From Candidatus Poribacteria bacterium (lineage in GTDB: Bacteria; Poribacteria; WGA-4E; WGA-3G): a stretch of 64,000 nt of DNA. The notes beneath the pieces were generated by a model, which was given only the letters and a program-made list of their open reading frames with translations, searched no databases and had not been told where the DNA came from. The position numbers were made by a program, and so were the translations under genes. Positions 43,499 through 54,482 of this stretch are shown in pieces. The DNA is taken from NCBI GenBank assembly GCA_963663765.2, contig CAXXUA010000006.1:320001-384000 (forward strand), given 5' to 3'. Every line of letters begins with the position of its first letter. Position 1 is the stretch's first letter.

Positions 43499-45340
43499 AT
43501 GAAACATTTATTTTTTTCACTCTTGATGACCCTTGCGATAACCTTCACAAACGCACACACATCGTTTGCACAAGATTACACAATAATGAACCTGCCCGAA
43601 GGTGCGAAGGCCCGATTTGGAAAAAGTTGGGCTGGCGAAATGCAGTATTCACCTGACGGCACAAAGTTAGCGGTAGCAAGTGGCATCGGCGTATGGTTGT
43701 ACGAAACACAGCGAGGCAAAGAACTCTATCTCTACACAGGTCATACGGAGTCGGTCGGAAGCGTAGCGTTCAGTCCGGATGGAGAAACTATCGCCAGTGG
43801 GAGTAGGGACGGCTCAACACATTTATGGAACACAAACACGGGCGCACAGATAGCAATACTTTCGGGATTTACAGGCTCGGTCGGAAGCGTAGCGTTCAGT
43901 CCGGATGGAGAAACTATCGCCAGTGGAGATTATGAAGGCATGATTCATTTATGGTCAGACACAGGTGATTTTATAGAAACGTTTACAGGACATACGGATT
44001 TGGTCAGAAGCATCGCTTTTTCTCCAGATAGCAAGACACTTGCAAGTGGGGGTTGGGATAAAACGCTCCGCTTATGGAACGCAAACACAGGTGTGCATCT
44101 AAAAACACTCTCGGGACATGCGGCTCGGATCAGAAGCGTCGCGTTCAGTCCAGATGGTAAAACTGTCGCAAGTGCAAGTGATGACGACACAATTCGTTTG
44201 TGGAACGCCAACACGGGAACGCTTATGAAAAAACTCACACAACATAGGGATGAAGTCTATAGTATCGCGTTCAGTCCGGATGGCACAACACTCGCAAGCG
44301 GGGGTGATGATAATATGATCCGCATATGGAATGTGAAAACTGGAATGCATGTAAAAACACTCTCCGGACATAAGCGTTTTGTCATCAGCGTTGCGTTCAG
44401 CCCGGATGGCACAACACTTGCAAGTGGGAGTAGGGACGGAACCATCCGTTTCTGGAACGCAAACACGGACAAACTTTTGAATACAATTACAGACCATACA
44501 AATCCTATCAGAAGCGTTGCATTCAGTCCGGATGGAAATACAATTGCAAGTGGAAGTTACAAGAGCATCAAGCTATGGAACACAAACACGGGCGCGAATA
44601 TGATAACACTCTCTGGATTTACAGATTATATCTTCACCGTTGCGTTCAGTCCGGATGGCAACACACTCGCAAATGCAAGTTATGAGAACATCAAGCTATG
44701 GAACGCACACACGGGTGAGCTTCTAAACACTTTATTAGGGCATAAGATTCGTGTCGCAAGCATCGCGTTTTCTCCAGATGGCAGCACACTCGCAAGTGGG
44801 GGTTGGGATAAAACGCTCCGCTTATGGAACGCAAACACCGGTGTGCATCTAAAAACACTCTCTGGATTTCCAGATTATATCTACACCGTCGCGTTCAGTC
44901 CGGATGGAGAAACTATCGCCGGTGCGAGTAAGAACAAGGTACTTTTGTGGAACGTAGACACCGTAGCGCATGTAAAAACACTCTCCGGACATACAGCCGT
45001 TGTGAGCAGCGTTGCGTTCAGTCCAGATGGTAGCATGGTCGCCAGTGGAAGTCGGGATAAAACGCTCCGCTTATGGAACGCAAACACCGGTGCGCACATA
45101 CACACACTCTCTGGACATACGGATGAAGTCAAAACCGTAGCATTCAGTCCAGATGGAGAAATGATTGCAAGCGGGAGTATAGACAAAACCATCCGTTTGT
45201 GGAACGCAAACACCGGTGTGCATCTAAAAACACTCTCGGGACATACGGATGAAGTCTATGGTATTGCGTTCAGTCCGGATGGTAAGACAATCGCCAGTGG
45301 GAGTGATGACGGCACTGTCTTGCTGTGGACAACCCCGTAG
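43499..45340 (+). CDS. secreted WD40 repeat protein (double propeller)
   Basis: Signal peptide, 'LPEGAKARFGK', about 14 WD repeats. Confidence 0.93.
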   Translation: MKHLFFSLLMTLAITFTNAHTSFAQDYTIMNLPEGAKARFGKSWAGEMQYSPDGTKLAVASGIGVWLYETQRGKELYLYTGHTESVGSVAFSPDGETIASGSRDGSTHLWNTNTGAQIAILSGFTGSVGSVAFSPDGETIASGDYEGMIHLWSDTGDFIETFTGHTDLVRSIAFSPDSKTLASGGWDKTLRLWNANTGVHLKTLSGHAARIRSVAFSPDGKTVASASDDDTIRLWNANTGTLMKKLTQHRDEVYSIAFSPDGTTLASGGDDNMIRIWNVKTGMHVKTLSGHKRFVISVAFSPDGTTLASGSRDGTIRFWNANTDKLLNTITDHTNPIRSVAFSPDGNTIASGSYKSIKLWNTNTGANMITLSGFTDYIFTVAFSPDGNTLANASYENIKLWNAHTGELLNTLLGHKIRVASIAFSPDGSTLASGGWDKTLRLWNANTGVHLKTLSGFPDYIYTVAFSPDGETIAGASKNKVLLWNVDTVAHVKTLSGHTAVVSSVAFSPDGSMVASGSRDKTLRLWNANTGAHIHTLSGHTDEVKTVAFSPDGEMIASGSIDKTIRLWNANTGVHLKTLSGHTDEVYGIAFSPDGKTIASGSDDGTVLLWTTP

Positions 45341-46727
45341 ACGTCAATTTAAGGATATTGACATCTTGTGGGAAGGGTCGCTCCTTTTGTCTGAACCAGG
45401 ATTTTCAAATCAAGAAATCAAGAAATCAACGGTATGAATGCCATTTAGGCATTCCCCGGGTATGAATGCTATAAAGCATTCCCCCAAATCAACCCGAATG
45501 CGCCTATGGCATTCGTCGGGTATGAATGCCTTATGGCATTTCCCGGGATTTCCAGATTTCCAAGATTATGAGTTTGGCTCGTTATGGTGCTAATGAAAAG
45601 TAAGCATCAACGCGCATCATATATACCCAGATATGGAAAATCCTGGTAATCCGCTAATCCTGTGAATCCTGGTTCAGACAGAAGCACGAATGAAAAGTAA
45701 GCCTAAACGCGCACCATATATACCTGGATGTGGTAAATTCTGTTAATCTGTAAATTCTGTTAATCCTGGTTCAGAAAAATAAAACCAGGAACGGTCGCGA
45801 CCAGGAGGTCGCTCCTACCAGAACTCTGCAGCTAATGAGACATAATACAATAGAAATGGTATAAGCATCAACGCGCATCATATATACCTGGATGTGGAAA
45901 ATCCTCTTAATCTGCTAATCCTGATAATCCTGGTTCAGAAATATAAAACCCGCGAACGGTCGCGACCAGGAGGTCGCTCCTACCGAAGAGAGTAACCCCC
46001 TGCCAGTAAACAGTAGAATTCCTTAATGAGACAAGATTTATTTGAATTGGTATAAGGATAAACGCGCGTCATATATACCTGGATGTGGTAAATCCTGGTA
46101 ATCTGGTAATCCTGATAATCCTGGTTCAGAAAAAAGCGCTGAGGACGCGGATTCCTTAGAAAACCTCTATCCTTACGACTTGTGCCAGTTAACCCATTGT
46201 TTTCAAAGTTTTTACATATATTAGGTTTATAATGCACACATATCGTCCCTACCAAATCAACGCCAAATGCGCCAAATCAACGGTATGAATGCCATTAAGG
46301 CATTCCCCGTATGGCATTTGTCGGGACTAAAGAGGATGTACTATGACGTTTTTCTATAAACATATCGTCCCTACCAAATCAACGCCAAATGCGCCAAATC
46401 AAGAAATCAACGGTATGAATGCCTTTTGGCATTCCCCGTATGGCATTTGTCGGGACTGAAGATCGTTTCAAACTATGAAGGACACCTGCAAAACGCCATG
46501 CTTATGTGAAACAATGATTAACATATAGTTATTTAGCACAACTCGTTATCCTTAGTAATAGAATATTGGCGAGATGTCTTCTCCGCGGCTTACGTGGAAT
46601 ACGTGTAATCCGTGATTCCGCACGTTTGTCAGCGCAATAAGAAGTTACAAACCGCACATACTTAGGGGAATGCACTGAAGGGATACAATTTCTACTTGAC
46701 AACTCGTTCATAATATACGATACTTAA

Positions 46728-47078
46728 ATGACACCATTATCATTTTATGAGGATGAAAAAATGACTAACAAACACGATTTCATGATTGAACAAATCAAAA
46801 TATCCCCTACGAACATTGATGCCGAAGATGTTCAAGACATTGAACAAACGATATCTAAGCTTGCATGCGGTCCACAAATAGGTGAAACAGAGATAGCGGT
46901 ATTTAAGAAATTTGCATCTGCATTGGAACGGGCATTTCGGGCTGAAATATCTACGTTTACCCCACCTTCAGAAGACTATGAGCATTGGATGATGTTTATC
47001 CCGAAAGATGGTAATTTTGATGCCACTCCGTCACGCTTCTCCGTTTCATTTCACATTAAACGCGTTGAAAACAATTAG
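46728..47078 (+). CDS. hypothetical protein
   Basis: ORF downstream of a TTGACA-like promoter; true start may be ATG 46761 after gagga; co-oriented with the next gene. Confidence 0.6.
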   Translation: MTPLSFYEDEKMTNKHDFMIEQIKISPTNIDAEDVQDIEQTISKLACGPQIGETEIAVFKKFASALERAFRAEISTFTPPSEDYEHWMMFIPKDGNFDATPSRFSVSFHIKRVENN

Positions 47079-47101
47079 TTCATCCGCATCAGGAATGTAT
47101 T

Positions 47102-47887
47102 ATGTATAGTTCTTTACCCGGAATTGGTCTACCTGAAGATACAGACCTTCTGTGGAGATATATGAGTTTTGAGAAGTTCGTAAGCCTGTTGAATACGAAA
47201 AGTTTATTTTTTACAAGAGCTGATAAATTTGACGACAAGTTTGAAGGTTTTACACCGCCTTTAGTAAAGAAAGACTATGAGCGTTCCGTAGATACGAATT
47301 CCATAATAGAGTTCCAAAAAAACTTACCCAAATATGCGTTGTGTAGCTGCTGGCACCATGCTGAGGAAGAATCAATAGCGATGTGGGAGAAATATCACAT
47401 GCAGAATAGCGGTATTGCTATCAAAACAACATTCAGCAAGTTTAAAGAGTGTTTGAAAGAAGACTATCGTGTATTTCTCGGCAAAATTGAATATATCAAT
47501 CACTATGAATACCCAGTTCCGCAAAATATATCGGAAATGAGTATGTTCTATACTTGGTATTTTCATAAGCGGAAAACGTTTGAGTACGAAAGAGAATTTC
47601 GTGCTATTTTTTTTCACTTTCCAAGGCCCTTTACAAATTATATTGATGACAACGGTAATTTCATCAATCGTAGAACGCCAATAAAAGAGATTGATTTTGA
47701 AGATATTTGTAATACGGGTATGTCTCTTGAAGTAGATCTCAATAGTTTGATCTGCGAAGTCGTCATCTCACCATATATGAGAAAAGAGGAATGGATTTTA
47801 GATACAGTTAGGTCGGTCATTCACCAATACGGTTTTGATTTTGATGTTAATGCCTCACCCCTTTTGGATGAACCTGAAATGAGTTAA
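47102..47887 (+). CDS. DUF2971-like protein
   Basis: 'LWRYMSFEKF', 'FDDKFEG', 'CSCW....ESIAMWEKY....GIAI', 'KRKTFEYEREFR' motif pattern. Confidence 0.7.
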   Translation: MYSSLPGIGLPEDTDLLWRYMSFEKFVSLLNTKSLFFTRADKFDDKFEGFTPPLVKKDYERSVDTNSIIEFQKNLPKYALCSCWHHAEEESIAMWEKYHMQNSGIAIKTTFSKFKECLKEDYRVFLGKIEYINHYEYPVPQNISEMSMFYTWYFHKRKTFEYEREFRAIFFHFPRPFTNYIDDNGNFINRRTPIKEIDFEDICNTGMSLEVDLNSLICEVVISPYMRKEEWILDTVRSVIHQYGFDFDVNASPLLDEPEMS

Positions 47888-47989
47888 GATATTGAAGATT
47901 CGCAGGGTGTCCAGCCGCGGATGATGTTCTTCCCTCTTGGTAGGAGCGACCCGGGAATGCCATACGCGCATTCATACCGTTGATTTACC

Positions 47990-48372
47990 GGTCACGAACA
48001 TATTCAAACACGGACGCGAACATATTCAAACACGGACGTGACCATATTCAAACACGGACGTGACCATATTCAAACACGGACGCGAACATATTCAAATACG
48101 GACGCGAACATATTCAAATACGGACGCGAACATATTCAAACACGGACGCGAACATATTCAAACACGGACGCGACCGTCTTCCAACACGGTCACGACCATA
48201 TTCAAACACGGACGCGAACATATTCAAACACGGACGCGAACATATTCAAACACGGACGCGAACATATTCAAACACGGTCGCGACCGTCTTCCAACACGGT
48301 CACGACCATATTCAAACACGGTCGCGAACATATTCAAACACGGTCGCGACCATATTCAAACACGGTCGCGAC
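47990..48372. repeat. 22-bp tandem repeat (~17 copies)
   Basis: acacggacgcgaacatattcaa units between two REP half-elements. Confidence 0.88.
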
Positions 48373-48505
48373 CAGGAGGTCGCTCCTACCAAGAGGTTTT
48401 CTCCGCGTCTTCTGTGTAATCCGTGATTCTGCACACCCATCAGCGAAATCCGCAACCAAAGCGCAAATTATCTTTTACGGGGGGCGCGGCGTTTGAGACG
48501 TGCTT

Positions 48506-49093
48506 TCAGGTCCTCTGGCGGTTCGTGGGTATCGGTAGTGGTTCTGCCTGTCGGAAGGTTTTGCTTGCTTCTGCATCGCCTGTGAGTAGGTCCAGCTGTT
48601 CACGCAAGCTGGAAACTTCTGCTTGTAAGGTGTGGACGACAGTTTCAGGGTCGCCCGTGAGCGGCATATCCAAAGCGGTGCGGATTTTGTCTATCCATTG
48701 TTGGTCTGTCATCAGTATCTCCTGTATGACACTACGCATCTCGTGTTTTTTCTGGATGGCGGTGTCTCGGTTTGACCCGAACTCAACGAGGGAGACCTCT
48801 TTGAGATGGGCATCGTAGACGTTGTATGTGGTGGTTTGTATCCTGCCGTTGCCGTCATCGTATTGTTTTCCGGGTTTGTGTGTGCAGTATTCATCAGTGT
48901 CTGTGTTGTCCCACCAATACCAGCGACGCAACTCGCGTTGACAGAGGTTGCAGACCTCTCGCTCGCCGTAGAAACCGACTGAGATCTGATTTATCAAGCC
49001 GTATTCAATGGCGCGTATCAGTTTTTCGCTTGTGCGGAACTCGCGTCCCTGCCCCTCGTTTTCCATATTTTTGAGGATATAGAAGTCAATCAT
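48506..49093 (-). pseudogene. phage prohead-protease-like fragment
   Basis: 'QISVGF', CxxC...C..H insertion and 'LKEVSLVEFGSN' resemble caudoviral maturation proteases; N-terminus appears cut by repeats. Confidence 0.55.
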
Positions 49094-49482
49094 GAGCTCG
49101 TTTTTATCGGTGAGGACAGCATTGTTTGAACGTCCGTATCTGAAGGAACGGTAGGCGTGCTTTGTAAGCGCTCCCTCTTGTCTGAACCAGGATTTTCAGG
49201 ATTTTTAGGATTTCCACATTAGATGTTTCTGTATAGGGAAAGTGTATCTTTTCAATGGAAATCAACGACATAAAATTCATAATCCTGAAAATCTGGTAAT
49301 CCTGTAAATCATGGTTCAGACAAGAGGGAGCGCTTACAAAGCACCAAATCAAAAAATCAACGGTATGAATACCTTATGGTATTCCCCGGGTATGAATGCC
49401 ATTTAGGCATTCCCCGCCTGCAGGTAATGTTATCGTTTGTGATGTAATATGTCCAAATATTACAACACAAAAGGAGTTTTGT

Positions 49483-50511
49483 ATGAAAAGATGCTTATTG
49501 TTACTCAGTATTTTTTTCGCTATGATGCTCGTTGCGTGTGGCGGTGATGATGAGATAACTACACCTATAGAAGACGATAATATGGTGATGGATAACGGCA
49601 CACAAACGCCTATAGAACTACTACCAGAACCTGTCAGGATCTATTATTCAGGCACACTCACAGGACATTGGGATTATGTTGAATCCGTGGCGTTTAGTCC
49701 GGATGGGAGCATGCTCGCCAGTGGAAGTTGGGACAACACCGTTCGTTTGTGGAACACAAGTGACGGCACGCCTCTCCGCACACTTACAGGACATTGGCGC
49801 AGTATCTATAGCGTCGCTTTTAGTCCGGATGGCATCATCATCGCCAGTGGGAGTTCTGACAACACCATTCGTTTGTGGAACACAAGCTGCGGAACGCTTC
49901 TCCGCACACTTACAGGGCATACTCATTTTGTCAGAAGCGTAGCGTTCAGTCCGGATGGTAAGACAATTGCGAGTGGTAGTTCTGACAACACCATTCGTTT
50001 GTGGAATGTAAACGACGGCACACACATCCGCACGTTCACAGGACATACGCATATTATCAGAAGCGTAGCGTTCAGTCCAGATGGAGACACTCTCGCCAGT
50101 TGCAGTGGGGACAACACCGTCCGTTTGTGGAATATAAGTGATGGTACATACCTCAGCACGTTCACAGGACATCCGGAAACCGTCGCGTTCAGTCCGGATG
50201 GTAAAACTCTCGCCAGCAGCAGTAGAGAGGACATCCGTTTATTGAACGTAAGTGACGGCTCGCTTATCCGTACGTTCAGAGGGCATTTGAATGGTGTCTC
50301 ACAAGTAGTGTTCAGTCCGGATGGTAAAACTCTCGCTAGCAGCAGTTGGGACGCCACCGCCCGTTTGTGGAATGTAGACGACGGCACGCATCTCCGCACG
50401 TTCACAGGGTATTTGAATGTTGTTTTGAGCGTCGCGTTCAGTTCTGACGGTAATTCCCTCGCAAGTGGCAGTGGGGACAACACCGTGCGTATGTGGGATG
50501 TAAGTGAGTGA
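49483..50511 (+). CDS. WD40 repeat lipoprotein
   Basis: Lipobox 'LVACGG'; 7 WD repeats; RBS aaggag. Confidence 0.92.
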   Translation: MKRCLLLLSIFFAMMLVACGGDDEITTPIEDDNMVMDNGTQTPIELLPEPVRIYYSGTLTGHWDYVESVAFSPDGSMLASGSWDNTVRLWNTSDGTPLRTLTGHWRSIYSVAFSPDGIIIASGSSDNTIRLWNTSCGTLLRTLTGHTHFVRSVAFSPDGKTIASGSSDNTIRLWNVNDGTHIRTFTGHTHIIRSVAFSPDGDTLASCSGDNTVRLWNISDGTYLSTFTGHPETVAFSPDGKTLASSSREDIRLLNVSDGSLIRTFRGHLNGVSQVVFSPDGKTLASSSWDATARLWNVDDGTHLRTFTGYLNVVLSVAFSSDGNSLASGSGDNTVRMWDVSE

Positions 50512-50700
50512 TGCGGGTTATCTGAACAAGGATGGACAGGATTACCAGACTATCAGGATTAGAGTTTGCTGCATCTGGCTTCCATTCAAAAGAAAACATA
50601 AATGTGTATCACATACATTGAAGGCTGTCTGAACCAGGATTTTTAGGATAGGCATGGTTTGGTTAGGGTTTTTCTTGTTTTAGGATGACAAGCAAGACGG

Positions 50701-51102
50701 TTAGGTTTGCATTATTTCAAGACTCTCGGTTTTGAGTTTTGAATTGCTTTGTTCTTCAGTTAATGTAGGAGCTTTCTGATAATCAGTCTCAACACCATCT
50801 AATGGCACAATTGAAAGCCGACACCCAATAGCGTTGAGGACGGTAGTAAACATATCAATATGCAGTGCTTCTTTCCTCGTTAACACATCGGAGAGGATTT
50901 GTGGGTCAATGTCTGTTTTCTTTGCGACTTCAGCAATTCCACCCTTTGCTTCAACGATACTCTCTAAGGAAATTTGAATGACAGCGGCATTGCCATGGGT
51001 TTGATATTCTTCCATTACGGCAGAGAGGTATCCACTCATATCTTCCTCTTCGGCAAGTTGTTCAATTAGAAATGCTCTCCATGTTCCATGTGCTTTATTC
51101 AT
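50701..51102 (-). CDS. addiction-module antitoxin (HTH, HI1420-like)
   Basis: 'YLSAVMEE', 'AKGGIAEVAKKTDI', 'VLNAIGCRL'; coupled to the upstream toxin. Confidence 0.8.
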   Translation of the reverse strand: MNKAHGTWRAFLIEQLAEEEDMSGYLSAVMEEYQTHGNAAVIQISLESIVEAKGGIAEVAKKTDIDPQILSDVLTRKEALHIDMFTTVLNAIGCRLSIVPLDGVETDYQKAPTLTEEQSNSKLKTESLEIMQT

Positions 51103-51436
51103 TTTGTCTCTCCTTGTAATCTTTCCAATAGTTTTTTGCCAGGTTTATATCCCGATTTTGCGAAGACTTGTCTCCACCACAAAGCAGAAGAACGATTGTA
51201 TTGTCCACTTCACCATAATAGATACGGTAACCTGGTCCGAAGTCAAGTTTCAATTCCCAAACCCCGTCACCTACCGATCTATATTTGCCAAGGTTCCCAA
51301 TTTCGACTGAATCTACACGAGCTTGAATCCGTTCTTTTACCTTTTTATCCCGAATTGAATTGAACCAATCGGTGAATGGTATGGTTCCGTTTGGTCGTTG
51401 GTAAGTATCAATTGTTCGTGGTCGAGTGTCACGCAT
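51095..51436 (-). CDS. addiction-module toxin (RelE/ParE superfamily, HI1419-like)
   Basis: 'PFTDWFNSIRD', 'GNLGKYRSVGDGVWELKLDFGPGYRIYY', 'LLLCGGDKSSQNRDI'. Confidence 0.9.
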   Translation of the reverse strand: MRDTRPRTIDTYQRPNGTIPFTDWFNSIRDKKVKERIQARVDSVEIGNLGKYRSVGDGVWELKLDFGPGYRIYYGEVDNTIVLLLCGGDKSSQNRDINLAKNYWKDYKERQNE

Positions 51437-51675
51437 TGACGAATTTCACAGGTTATTATTCGGGAAGCGAGTAAAAAAAAGTTATCATAAACTATATTTA
51501 CATATAGTATCATAATTACTACACAAAGTCAAGATTCAAATATAGCAGTATCAGAGGTTTTCAATTGTCGAATTTCGCTCTTGTGGGAGTGGTTTTTTTA
51601 ACTCCAACTGTGTGGGGTTTATCTTGTAAGACTGTCGGGGTTGAAAACCCCTCCCACAAGAGAAACCTCACACAA

Positions 51676-52550
51676 GAGGGCGCGCTTACAAAGCACGCCT
51701 ACTGATGGCGGGGTGGGGCGCGCTTACAAAGCACGCCTACTGATGACGGGGTGGGGCGCGCTTACAAAGCACGCCTGCAAGAGGGATAAGAGGGCGCGCT
51801 TAAAAAGCACGCCTGCAAGAGGGATAAGAGGTGCGCGCTTAAAAAGCACCAAATCAACGGTATGAATCATGGAGCATGCCATACGCGCATGCTTCTTTAA
51901 GCATTCCCCGCCCGCAAGAGGGGTAAGAGGGGCGCGCTTACAAAGCACCAAATTAACGGTATGAATCATGGAGCATGCCATACGCGCATGCTTCTTTAGG
52001 CATTCCCCGCCCGCAAGCTTACTATTACCCATAAGTGGAATTGGAGGGACAAAGGCTCGACATGCTGCTGTAGGAGGAGTTTCTAACCCCGATAGAGGAC
52101 AGAAAACTGGTCATAAGAACTAAAAAACCTTGTGAAATTAGTCTAAAAGGCCTATAAAGGTATCCTACATCTAAAATATTGGTCAGTTTTCAGGCGTTTT
52201 TGAGCAACAGGCACCTACAAAAGACTTAACGGACTATACCCAAAAACTTATGGGTAATAGTAAGGCCCGCAAGAGGGGTAAGAGGGGCGCGCTTACAAAG
52301 CACGCCTACAGTTAGGGGCGCGCTTGCAAAGCACGCCTACAGTTAGGGGCGCGCTTACAAAGCACGCCTGCAAGAGGGATAAGAGGGGCGCGCTTACAAA
52401 GCACCAAATCAAAAAATCAACGGTATGAATACCTTATGGTATTCCCCGGGTATGAATGACATTTAGGCATTCCCCGCCTGCAAGAGGGATAAGAGGGGCG
52501 CGCTTACAAAGCACGCCTGCAGTTAGGGGCGCGCTTACAAAGCACGCATA
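51676..52550. repeat. REP array with inserted MITE
   Basis: ggcgcgcttacaaagcacgcct units, some with nested inserts. Confidence 0.85.
52018..52264. mobile_element. 247-bp MITE with IS4-like ends
   Basis: cttactattacccataag / cttatgggtaatagtaag inverted repeats; 9-bp duplication gcccgcaag. Confidence 0.85.
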
Positions 52551-52847
52551 CCACAAGAGGGGTGGAATCCGTGTCATTCGCGATCCTGGAGCGTTCGGAA
52601 TCGCGGAGAAGAGTTCTGCCAATCAATCATATATAAATATGCTGATCTTGCTGTTTTTTCTATATGTCAGCTGTTCCTTTTTGTGCAGCAAAAGATAATA
52701 TTTGCACCTAATGGTGCATTTCATTGTGGCTGTTCTCTGCTTTTACAAGTATTACGGGTTTCTTAAATTGGCACGCGAATTGCTTTTTTATTCATAAGTC
52801 TACCATAAATGTAATATATCCAAATATTACAACACAAGGAGTTTCTT

Positions 52848-53825
52848 ATGAGAAGAAGTTTATTGATACTCAGTATTTTCCTTGCCATGATGCTGGTTGC
52901 ATGTGGTGGTGATGATGAACCTATCATAGATCCTGACAAGACGTATTTTTCAGGCATACTCAAAGGGCATACAAAGAGTGTCTACACTGTAGCGTTTAGT
53001 CCGGATGGGAACACCCTTGCCAGTGGGGGTTATGACAAAACCATTCGTCTGTGGGACACGGACGATGGGACACAGATACGTATATTATCAGGACATAGGG
53101 GGCCTGTCAGTAGCGTAGCGTTCAGTCCGGATGGTAGCACTATCGCAAGTGGCAGTCAGGACTATACTATTCTATTATGGAACGCAAATAACGGCACGCC
53201 TCTCCGCTCCCTCACAGGGCATACGAATGAGGTCAGAAGTGTTGCGTTCAGTCCGGATGGTAGCACGGTCGCCAGTGGCAGTAATGACAGTACCATCCGT
53301 TTGTGGAACGCAAGTAACGGTACACATATCCGCACGTTCACAGGGCATAGGGGAGCTGTCCGGAGTGTTGCGTTCAATCCGGATGGTAATACCCTCGCCA
53401 GTGGGAGTGATGACGGTACCATTCGCGTGTGGAATGTAAGTGATGACAAGCTTCCTCGCACGCTCCCAGGTCATTTGCTGGGTGTCTTCACCGTAGCGTT
53501 CAATCCGGATGGTAGCACCCTCGCCAGTGGGAGTTGGGACGCAACCATCAATTTGTGGGACGCAAATGACTGCATACATCTCCACACCCTCACTGGGCAT
53601 ACAGGTTCTATCTTAAGCGTGGTGTTTAGTCCCGATGGTAGCACACTCGCAAGTGGGAGTGGTGACGATACCATACGTTTGTGGGACGCAAGTGATGGGT
53701 CGCATCTCCGCACGCTTTTATGGAATTTCTATGAGATCACAAGCGTAGCGTTTAGTCCGGATGGTAAAGCCCTTGCCGGTGCCAATGGTGACATCACCGT
53801 CCGCATGTGGGACCTCACTGAGTGA
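52848..53825 (+). CDS. WD40 repeat lipoprotein
   Basis: Lipobox 'LVACGG'; 7 WD repeats; RBS aaggag. Confidence 0.92.
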   Translation: MRRSLLILSIFLAMMLVACGGDDEPIIDPDKTYFSGILKGHTKSVYTVAFSPDGNTLASGGYDKTIRLWDTDDGTQIRILSGHRGPVSSVAFSPDGSTIASGSQDYTILLWNANNGTPLRSLTGHTNEVRSVAFSPDGSTVASGSNDSTIRLWNASNGTHIRTFTGHRGAVRSVAFNPDGNTLASGSDDGTIRVWNVSDDKLPRTLPGHLLGVFTVAFNPDGSTLASGSWDATINLWDANDCIHLHTLTGHTGSILSVVFSPDGSTLASGSGDDTIRLWDASDGSHLRTLLWNFYEITSVAFSPDGKALAGANGDITVRMWDLTE

Positions 53826-54482
53826 TGTTGGTTGTCTGAACCAGGATGGACAGGATTAGCGGATTGCCAGGATTTACCTCATCCAGGTATATATGATGCG
53901 CGTTTAGGCTTACTTTTGGTTAGGAGCAGAAAGAGACAAACTCATAATCTTGGAAATCTGGTAATCCTGTGAATCCTGGTTCAGAAAAGAGGGCGCGCTT
54001 ACAAAGCACGCCTGCAGTTAGGGGCGCGCTTACAAAGCACGCCTACAGTTAGGGGCGCGCTTACAAAGCACGCCTGCAAGAGGGATAAGAGGGCGCGCTT
54101 ACAAAGCACGCCTGCAGTTAGGGGCGCGCTTACAAAGCACGCCTACTGATGGCGGGGTGGGGCGCGCTTACAAAGCACCAAATCAAGTAATCAAGAAATC
54201 AACGGTATGAATGCCTTTTGGCATTCCCCGGGTATGAATCATGGAGCATGCCATACGCGCATGCTTCTTTAGGCATTCCCCGCCTACCATTGGAGGAAGG
54301 GGCGCGCTTTTACAAGAGGGGAACAGTCGCGACCAGGAGGTCGCTCCTACGTTGACCTGCTCTACTACCTCAGTAGTAATAAAAAGAACAGTCGCGACCA
54401 GGAGGTCGCTCCTACCAGCGCGCGGGGTAGTGTACGGAATCACGGAGGACATGGAAAAACACGGATAAGTCACCTCATCCAT

